DNA of 64,000 bases from Lama guanicoe (taxonomy: Eukaryota), in the NCBI GenBank assembly GCA_013239625.1, contig MU054001.1, positions 6,683,078 through 6,747,077 of the forward strand. Reading direction: 5' to 3'. Every line of letters begins with the position of its first letter. The first letter of the stretch is position 1. A program made the translations under genes and the position numbers. Below are positions 38,501 to 47,546 of this stretch, piece by piece. The notes under the pieces were generated by a model. It made no database searches. It was not told where the DNA came from and was given only the letters and a program-made list of their open reading frames with translations.

Positions 38501-41412
38501 AGCTTTATGATTGTTGCTGTTGTTGTGGACAGGATTTGCTGTAGCCAAGTGAGGACTGAGGTTCCCACCAAGAAGGCAGTGGGAAGAGCAGGGCCTCTGC
38601 TGTTGGTCCTGCCTGAGCCCTGGTCCTCCTGGGGTCACTCCCTGGCTCACGAACACACCCAAAGCAGCCAAGAGGATGGCTCCCTCCCCAGGTGTACCCA
38701 CCTACCCCATCCCTGTCCCGGTTTCATGGTCCATCAAATGGCATGATAATCCAGACTTGCTTTCCTGTGCTACAGTGTGAGGAATAAGCCAGAAAACGTG
38801 AGAAGGGAAAACTGCAAAGTCTTATTAGCACTTTCTTGTTGTTGTTATTAATTATCATCTCCAGAAAACTGCTGGGATTATGAGCCTGTGTTTTCCTCAC
38901 GTTTCCTCTAATGGCCATTAAAACGAGGGAAGCCAAGCAGACTTAATTTGCTAATGCCAACTACTAAATCATGCAAAACCAGATCTGCTAATGAATCGCT
39001 CCCCTCTGGCTGCTGGTGCTGATGAGTTTTGGGTGCCTCACTGGAGGGAGAAGCAGGGAAGAGGCCTGGTGCTCACTGTCCCTCTTCCACACCTGGCAGC
39101 CATCCACCTGCACACAGCCCTGGGAGGAGGGCTCTTAAGCTGTGACTCCCTATCCCGAGGGCCATCAAGAGGGCTGAATAGATTCTTTGGTGATTCAGGA
39201 TGGTTTTTGGCTTTTTCCGTTGGAAAAGAATCAAATAGCTTGTCTCAGAAGGAAGAAAAAGGACACCTTTGAATTAAATGTAAGCTCACAGGTAACTTCT
39301 TTCTCTCTCTCTGCTCTATTTCTGATGACTATTTATAGATCTGAGTCCTGTCGTTGCAATCGAGGGACATTTTCTTCCTCCTCCAGCCTCCACTGCCCCC
39401 ACCCCAGCTCCTTGAGGATGATGGTCACTGAGGCAGCTCTGCTGAGGCTCCCCTCCAGACAAGGAGCTATTCCAGGAGAGGGGCTGGGTCTGCAAGCACA
39501 GGGCGGGGCCAAGGGCATGTCTCATATCCATCTGTTAATCGGGTAAGTCATGGCAAACTAAGCTTACTTAAGCCAAAGATGGTCATTTACCAGAAGGATG
39601 TAGGCAGCTCACAGTTGAAGAGAAAGGGCTGAATGATCTTCCCCAGCCTTGGAAAGAGCAGGAGCTGGGGCAGCCTGGGTACCCATGTGGCAGGAACTGT
39701 ATTTTTAGGGCACAAATTCTTTGCAGGTGTTCCTAGCCCAAGTGGTTCAAATCCCTCAGTACCACACCACTGTGCGAACTTGGACAAGTTTCTTAATCTA
39801 TCCGGGGCTAATTTATTCCGTGAAATGGGGCTCATGGAGCCTTTCTCCCCATCTCTCACAGTTGCTGTGTGTATAACCCAGATGCCAGCTGCAGTCATGC
39901 TGCTCTTTGAAATTTAAATTAAATTGGCTGGGACCTCAGTCCCTGGTGAACAGGAAATCCAATATTTTCCCCCTAAGATTTCTGTGACTCCTTGGGGAAG
40001 GCTGCCCTCAGGACCACCTCCTGCCCCTGCTGGTATCTCCAGCTCACCCCTATCTCCCTCCTGCGCTGTTCCAGTGTCTGCTCATTGCTGATCCCAATGT
40101 GCAGCTCAGCCCCACCCCCCACACTTACGTGGAAGAGTCTTCATTGAAAACGGGGTCAGAGGAAGAAGAGATTTACACTGCCAATCACAAACAACCATTG
40201 ATGGCATGATAGACTCTGTTTTCAAAGACACAGGGAAGCAACGGAGGCTAGCAGTTTAAGAGAGCAGACTCTCGAGCAGTGACCCACGGAGGCTCAAATC
40301 CCAGCGTCACCACTTTCTGGGCCTGTGACCTGGAACAAGTGACTTCACATCACTTCCCTGCAGAATGAGGTTGGAAAAGATCATAAGGGGTGTGTATGTG
40401 TGTGTGCACGTGTGACAGCGTCCAGGACAGAGTAAGTCCATGTAAGGGTTCCTGATTCTTGTGAAATCAACCTTCTGCCATCTTGCCCTGTACTGCCCAA
40501 CCCTCCTCCTCTCTTCTTTCCCAGCCCTACCCAAAGGCTCCTTGCATTTCTTATGTGGAGCAATTGGATGACCCCTCTGCTTCACTGTCATTTTCCAAAC
40601 CAGAATATCACCTTCTACCTCTGAATTGTTTTATCTGGGAACTTCTTAAAATTAGCAGTGCCAGCCATCAAAATAGTAATTTTTCATGTTCAATGCATGA
40701 ATATCAGATAAACATGAAAGTGCTTCGAAAAACCACAAAGCACAGCCCACATATGAAGAGTTATTTAACTGTTTCTAAGAGTCACCATTGTGGACAAAGC
40801 TTCCTTGAACATATCTAAGCTTCTCTTCGTTTGTGTTACTGCCATCCATCTTTTCCCACTGCTCTCTTGTAGGAGATCCCATGGATTTTTCTGAAACAAC
40901 CTTTTTCAGGATCAAAAGGATCTCAGTCCCCTGAAATTAAACAAATCTATCGCTATCTACCCCTTTCCACTTCTTAAACTTTTTATTGAAAACTAATTTA
41001 CATATGGAAAATCATGTGATCAATTTTTGCACCTGCCTCACCAGCCCTCAGCTCAAGACATGGAGCGTGACCAGCTCCCAGAAGTATCTTCAGTCACTGT
41101 CCCCAAAGGGTGACTGCCATCGTGACCTCTTTCAGCAACATCGGTGGTGCCTGTTCTGTCCTTTGTGTGCACAAGCCTTACCACATACACTCTGCTGTGT
41201 CTGGCTCCTTCCCCACACGTCTGTGAGGTTCATGCATACTGAGGTGTGTTCCCATTGCTGCACAGGACTCTACATGTAGAATACCTTCTGTTGGTGAACA
41301 CTTGGGTAGCTTCCACCGCTTTCATTCTAGCAGATGTTTTTCAGCACACATAGGGCTGTATTTCTGTTGGCTATCTACCTAGGGTAAAACTGCTAGCTCA
41401 TAGGGTGTACGT

Positions 41413-41892
41413 TGATAGATATGACCAACTCCATTTTGGTGATCCACCGCCATTTCGGGACAAGCCCAACAGCTGCAAGCCATAACTTCTGCCTTCTGCA
41501 AAACCCACCAATCAGCATTTACTCTTCTGCATACCTCATCTGCATAAAACCCCTCCCAGGACCTGAGTGAGAACTACTGGAGGGAAAGTTCATCCTACAC
41601 GCCCGTCTCCCTTTCAGACACGCCCCTTTCACTTTCAGCATACTCACCAATCAGCAGCACTTACCTCTCAGCCCCCCTCATTTGCATCAGAACCCACCAA
41701 TCAGCTCCTACCCCCAGGCATTAAATAACCACGCCTCTACGCAAGGAAGCGGGCTCCAGTCTAACTCGGGACCCCTTTCTGCAGGTTTCTGGCAATAAAT
41801 CTGACTGCCATTAAGCTGTCTCTGATCCTTTCTCTCCCGACATCCCACCCTCTCTTGGTAGTGTCTACTCTGAGATCACCTTCTGCAGGTCA
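41413..41892 (+). mobile_element. ERV solo LTR with intact-looking promoter layout
   Basis: TG...CA ends; CCAATCAG at 41508, 41647 and 41697; octamer ATTTGCAT 41680-41687; TATA-like attaaataa near 41720; AATAAA 41794-41799; degenerate TSD TACGT/CATGT. Confidence 0.8.
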
Positions 41893-42561
41893 CATGTCTA
41901 CAGAACAAGCTTCCTCGCAGTGCTGGGATTTGAGCCTACATTCAGAGTCTGACCTCTTAGCCATTAGGCCACACTGTCCCCTGTGTTTCCGAGAACAAAA
42001 CTCTAGTATATCATAGAATGTTGAGTGTATTTTGCAATGTAAACCCCCAGAACAGAAACCCTGAACTTAGAGGAGCAGAACATTTTATAATGGTCATTGG
42101 GCACATCCGCTCTTTGCTTCAGAAGGAAACACTACATTATCACTCACTTCTAAGGCTGTTTGCTAGAAATGATCATCTGGTACAAAGGCTCAAGTAATGT
42201 GCAAAAATGCAAGAGACCCTAGAGGACTTTCTCCTAACGCTCAGCTGCTCTGGCCTGCAGACAGGGCTCTGTCCACTTGCAGCATCTGCCGCCTCCATCA
42301 CTGGCAGAGGTGCTGGGACTGTCCACAGAGCCACAGGCCTGAAGACTGGCCTGGAAAGGGGACTATGGTGCCATCTGGAGGCATCTTCTGAGCTGCTGCA
42401 AGGCCAATCTGTGCCAGGCCTGCTGGCCCCGGCCACACTGGGGGCTCTGAGGGCACCAGCGCCTGCCACCCTGAGGATTGCACCAAGGCCTCAGCTGAGG
42501 CCTCCCAGGGCTCACCGCATTCTCTCCTCTGCCCTTTGCCTCCCCCTCTTTCACCACTACA

Positions 42562-42784
42562 GAGGGAGGGAGGGAGGAGGGAAGGAAAGAAGAGGAGAGA
42601 AGATAGGAGGCACATTCTGGGTGTGGTCAGTATTTCCTTTTCCCTCCAGTCCCCTTGCTAAACCAGGGACCCAGGGCTCTAACTTTTTTATTTTCAGGTG
42701 AGAAGGTTCATTCACTGTCCAACAAGCATTTACTGAGCCCACATTTCCACCTTCGCAGGAGGGAACTTCCTGATGAGGCCACAG
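42562..42784 (+). repeat. Inverted repeat 1, left arm
   Basis: Reverse complement of 44612-44833; by manual alignment the 174-bp core 42611-42784 has 5 mismatches and no gaps. Confidence 0.97.
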
Positions 42785-42884
42785 AGGTAACCACTGAAGA
42801 CAGTGGTTAATATTCTCTGAGTTATTCTTCACATAAACAAAAATATGAGCCCATCAGTCTGCAGAGTTCTGGGGCTTCTTTTTT

Positions 42885-43893
42885 AAAATGAATTATAGTT
42901 GATTTACAGTGTTGTGTTAGTTTCTGGTGTACAGCAAAGTGAGTCAGATATATATATATATAACTATATATATATGTATATATATATATAACTTTTTTAT
43001 TATTGGTTATTATAAGATATTGACTGTAGTTCCCTGTGCTATATATAGTAGGACATTGTTGTTTATCTATTTTATATATAGTAGTTTGTATCTGCTAATC
43101 CCAAACTCCTAATTTATCCCTCCTTCCTTTCCCCTTTGGTAACTACAAGTTTGTTTTCTGTGTGTCTCTTTCTATTTTGTAAATAAGTTCATTTGTATCA
43201 TTTTTTTTAAGATTCTAGATATGTGATATCATATGGTATTTGTCTTTCTCTTCCTGACTTATTTTATTTTCATATGATAATCTCTAGGTCCATCCATGTT
43301 GCTGCAAATGGCATTATGTCATTCTTTTTGTGGCTGAGTAGTATTCCACTGTGTATATATACCACATCTTCTTATCCATTCATTAGTTGATGGAGATTTA
43401 GGTTGCTTCCATGTCTTGGCTATTGTAAATAGCGCTGCTGTGAACATTGGGTGCACATACCTTGTTGAGTTAGAGTTCTCTCTGGATATATGCCCAGGAG
43501 TGGGACTGCTGGATCATATGGTAACTCTATTTTTAGTTTTTTGAGGAATCTCTATACTATTTTCCATAATGGCTGCACCAAACTATATTCCCACCAACAG
43601 TGTAGGAGGGTTCCCTTTTCTCCACTCCCTCTCCAGCATTTATTACTTATAGACTTTTTGGTGATGGTCATTCTGACTGGTGTGAGGTGATACCTCATTG
43701 TAGTTTTGATTTGCATTTCTCTGATAATTAGCAGTATTGAGCACCTTTTCATGTGCCTATTGGCTATCTTTATGTCTTCCTTGGAGAAATATCTATTTAT
43801 GTCTTCTGCCCATTTTTAGATTGGGCTGTTTGTTTTCTTGTTATTGAGTTGCACTAGCTGTTTGTATATTCTGGAAATTAAGCCCTTGTCAGC
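42885..43893 (-). mobile_element. 5'-truncated LINE-1 inside the spacer of inverted repeat 1
   Basis: ORF2 C-terminal relic [28 protein letters not shown]...[13 protein letters not shown]; near-TSD ggggcttctttttt / gtgacttctttttt. Confidence 0.9.
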
Positions 43894-44611
43894 GTGACTT
43901 CTTTTTTCCCTCACTCATTCAACAAGGCCTCGCAGGCATTTCTCCAGGTGCACATAGCGCTGTCTCGGCAGGTAGGAGCGCTGCTCAGAGAGGAGAACCA
44001 GGTCTGGACCTGGCCGGGTAAGAACCCATCAGTCTTTCCACAAACACTGGTGAACACTCACAAGCCCTGGATACTAGTCACAGCCTGAGCAAAAGTCAGA
44101 GGGACCTGCACTCAGAGCCCCCAACCCTCCCAGCTGTGTGACCCTGAACTGGTCACTTAACCTCCCTGGGTGCCATCCTGTCGTCCAGTGTGGGGATTAA
44201 GTGATAATCTGTGTGGGAGGCTTTGCAGAGAGCGTAAAGGGCCCACAACTGTCCAAGCCATGACAATTACCTCAGAAACACACAAGCAAGGGGAACAGCC
44301 TGGAGCTTTCACCGCTTGTTTCCAATTTTCCGCAGTCCCCTGGTTTATTCCACAACCAAGAGCACTTTCTCCTGATACGTGTATCAAATCACGACTTCTG
44401 GAGGACTAGTCTGAAAAGAGGCTGTACTGATCCACTGGCTGGGGTCACCTCAGGCAGCACTTCGGGTCTCTGAACTTGCCTCCTGTCTCTAAAACAGAGA
44501 AAAATCCACCCAGTTCCTCAGCTGCCTAGAGGACAAATGAGAAACTTCCTGCAAAAGTGCTTTGTAAACTGGGGCCCCGCAAAGTCTCGAGGGAATCGTG
44601 TTGGGTACAGG

Positions 44612-44833
44612 CTGTGGCCCCATCAGGAGGTTCCCTCCTGCGAAGGTGGAAATGTGGGCTCAGTAAATGCTTGTTGGACAGTGAATGAACCTTCTCACCT
44701 GAAAATAAGAAAGTTAGAGCCCTGGGTCCCTGGTTTAGCAAGAGGACTGGAGGGAAAAGGAAACACTGACCACACCCAGAATGTGCTTCCTGTCTTCCCT
44801 CCTCTCTCTTCCTTCCTCCTCCCTCCCTCCCTC
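44612..44833 (-). repeat. Inverted repeat 1, right arm
   Basis: See left arm. The ORF track shows the same pseudo-peptide LWPHQEVPSCEGGNVGSVNACWTVNEPSHLKI on opposite strands. Confidence 0.97.
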
Positions 44834-45012
44834 CTCTTTTTACTCAACACACATACTCTCTCCTGTCTTTTCATGGGGAGAAGAGAGAGTAACAATGAGA
44901 CTGGCAAGAGCTCCTCGTTTTTGCACGGACTTCGCAGTTTTCAAAGCACTGTCACGTGATCACATCTATTTTCTCTTTTGACCATTGATACTAAAATTAA
45001 AGTAGGCCATCC

Positions 45013-45290
45013 TGTTTCATCTGACAACCTAAACTCAGCTGCTGGGAGACCTCGCTCAGCACCGACAGGCCCCCACCCTAGCCCGGGCCCTCCCAGGGAT
45101 GCCCATTTATGTTTTTTTCTGGAATTCATTGATCCAGTCTTCAGAAACAGCCCCAGCACCCCATGAAGACAGCTCTGTGCCGAATTCTCTGGGGCTGAGA
45201 TGACCCGGCAGGGTCTCCCCTGGAGAACCTCCCATCCAGTAGGAGAGGGGGCGCATCCATTAGCAACCTTGTTACCAGGTAGGAAGTGCC
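45013..45290 (+). repeat. Inverted repeat 2, left arm
   Basis: Reverse complement of 46139-46416, e.g. ttctggaattcattgatccagtcttcagaaac vs gtttctgaagactggatcgatgaattccagaa; roughly 80% identical by eye. Confidence 0.93.
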
Positions 45291-45919
45291 CAGTACATCA
45301 ACAATGTGAAAACTGAGGCCTGAAAAAAAAAGTTATACGGTGTCTGTAAAGTCAGACAGCACATATGAAAACTCATCTACCATTTTTGCCATCCTTCTCT
45401 CTTCCCCAAGGGTTTCCCTTTTTTCCAGCCCCCTCTTCCACTTCTCCTTCCCAAGTTTACCTCTAGACCAACCCTCAGTACCCTGAATGTGTGGAAGGAG
45501 AAGGCTCTCAGTATTTCCCTCTCTGGGGGCCATTCATTCTCTTTTTCAACAGTGTCTTTTGTGTGTCAAGCCCTGGGCAGATGCTCTGAGACCACCACGT
45601 GGGTCTTGTGGGTCCCTGCTCATCAAGGAAGGCGTGCCTTCCCCTCCTTCCCTCCCTCCCTTCCTTCCTCCCTTCTTCCCCCCATCCTTTCCCATAGTGT
45701 CTGTCCACTCACTGAGCGCGGGCCCCGCACTAGGTGCTGAGGTCACCCCTCTGACCTCCTTGCTCTGGTGGGGTTCGCAGGAAGACCCTCGCTGTCACAA
45801 AGGAAAGGTGTACCCTCGTCTTCCCTCCTCTTTGACCTGATTTCAGAGCAAAGAAAAAGAGAACCTCTAACCTAAGGGGCGTTTGCCTCCTGGTGTTGGA
45901 GCAAAATCATTTCACAAGC

Positions 45920-46330
45920 CAGCTCGCCCTCTGCTGGCCAGAGCTGGGGACCGGCCGTGTTTGTGTCGCAAAACTCTCCCTGCAGAGGCGGTGCCCGCAC
46001 GTGCTCGGGAAGCGGTGTCTCCCGCAGCGTCGCTCCGCCCTCGCTCTCCCCGGCCACCTGGGGCAACCCTCCCTCTACGACCGCCTCCTCCTGGAACCTT
46101 CCCCCCAGCCCACCTCAACTCGTGTCTTTGCGGTTCTCGGCACTTCCCACCTGGTAACAAGGTTGCTAACGGATGCGCCCCCTCTCCCTCCTACTGAACA
46201 GGAGGTTCTCCGGGGCAGACTCTGCCAGGTCATCTCGGCCCCGGAGAGTCTGACACAGAGCTCTCTTCCCGGGGACGCTTGGGCCGTTTCTGAAGACTGG
46301 ATCGATGAATTCCAGAAACAACGGTAATCA
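45920..46330. promoter_or_regulatory. Small CpG-rich island-like element
   Basis: Dense CpGs relative to the flanks; E-box CACGTG 45998-46003; GC box CTCCGCCC 46033-46040. Confidence 0.55.
45921..45940 (-). promoter_or_regulatory. Candidate CTCF binding site
   Basis: Minus strand TGGCCAGCAGAGGGCGAGCT closely matches the CTCF core consensus CCASYAGRKGGCRS. Confidence 0.7.
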
Positions 46331-46416
46331 GGCATTCCTGGGAGGGCCTGGGCCGGGGGCCTGCTGGTGCTGAGGGAGGTCTCCCTGAGACAGGGTGTTA
46401 AGTTTCAGATGAAACA
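46139..46416 (-). repeat. Inverted repeat 2, right arm
   Basis: ggcacttcccacctggtaacaaggttgctaacggatgcgccccctctcc is the reverse complement of 45242-45290 with 2 mismatches; homology continues to tcagatgaaaca. Confidence 0.93.
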
Positions 46417-47058
46417 CATGACGCCCCAGTTACATTTTAACTTAGGATAAACTGAGGTGGGAAGCCCCATGGAAAAGAGGAGGACCCCCAGGTAGCGCCA
46501 CTACTTCCTTGCCAGCGCCATCCGGTTCCCTGTCGCAGCAGCATTATCTAGCTTTTTGCCTGTATAAAACGGCTTGCTTCTAGGAAAGCAGAATTTACCC
46601 CTAAGATTCTATTGGTTCCCTGAGCTCACTCCTGATTGGTCCATTTCCAAAAGCTCATTCTTGATTAATCATCTTTGTTACACCTTATTTGCATATGATG
46701 TTGCAAAGTCTAGAATGGCAGCCTATAAAAGCCTGTGTAAACCTACAGATGGGGTCCGAAGCTTGGAGTGTTAACTCCTCTGGGTCTGCCAGCATAATAA
46801 ACTTGAGTTCTCCAACCCTCTGAGTGCTGCTTGGTCTCTTGTCAGGATCCAGGTTGCTGTCACAACTGAGCTGTAACACTGAGTTATAACACACTTTGCT
46901 GCAATAAAACAACACATTTTTTTAACTTTTTTTTTTTGGTATAAGTATGTTCCAAATATTGCAGAGTACATACATACTGAAGCTAAAAAATGTCTTTGTT
47001 GTTTATCTGAAATCTGAATTCAACTGATGTCCTGTATTTTATTTGCTAAATCTGGCCA
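46391..47058. mobile_element. MER53-like palindromic DNA transposon split by an LTR
   Basis: Left part cagatgaaacacatgacgccccagttacattttaacttaggataaac; right part tataagtatgttccaaatattgca...ttgtttatctgaaatctgaattcaactgatgtcctgtattttatttgctaaatctggc. Confidence 0.75.
46453..46906 (+). mobile_element. ERV1-type solo LTR nested in the MER53-like element
   Basis: Starts TG; 4-bp TSD AAAC (46449-46452 / 46907-46910); ATTGG at 46611 and 46635; ATTTGCAT 46687-46694; TATAAAA 46724-46730; AATAAA 46796-46801. Confidence 0.85.
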
Positions 47059-47332
47059 TAAGGAACCATCTGGACAAGGTGGGGGCGGGCTGGAGGGAGG
47101 CTGGGCAGGCAAGTCCACAGACAGGGTGGGACAGGGCAGAGGAGCTGTGTCTAGATCCAGCCTGGGGCCACAGGGAGGAGAACAGGAAAGCAAACGTCTC
47201 ATTTTTTCCTGGAATTGGCATCCACGTCATGGTGGTGAGGTGGGAGTGAAAACAAGGAGAACCTTGCCTGCTCTCAAGGCTCTGCTCCAATGGGCCTCCC
47301 TCCCCAGTCTTCCCTTGGGGCTCCCAGCACAC

Positions 47333-47546
47333 ACCCACTAGCAACACTGTTACCAGGGGGGAAGTGACAAACACACAGAAAATACAAATACATTTTACAG
47401 ATGTGAACACTGAGGCCTAAAAAAAGTTACAGCATCTCTCCAAAGTCACACAGTACATTTGAAAGCCGTGGTCGCAAACATATGCCACTTTCACCATCCA
47501 TCTCTCTTCCTGCTGTGTCTCCCTTCCTTCCTGTCCCCTATTTCCA
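47333..47546 (+). repeat. Diverged direct duplicate of 45255-45440
   Basis: Collinear blocks: tagcaac..tgttaccagg..ggaagtg, atgtgaa.actgaggcct.aaaaaaagtta, aaagtca.acag.acat.tgaaa, ccatcc.tctctcttcc. Confidence 0.8.

Noticed and set aside
42557..44959. Two near-identical ORFs on opposite strands (42557-42832 - and 44537-44959 +) suggesting a duplicated small gene
   Set aside because: The similarity is confined to the inverted-repeat arms; starts and ends are unrelated, there is no recognisable domain, and the C-terminal part translates a purine/pyrimidine tract.
46391..47058. Apparent third inverted repeat around the 46.5-kb LTR
   Set aside because: Explained by the intrinsic palindromic structure of the MER53-like transposon.
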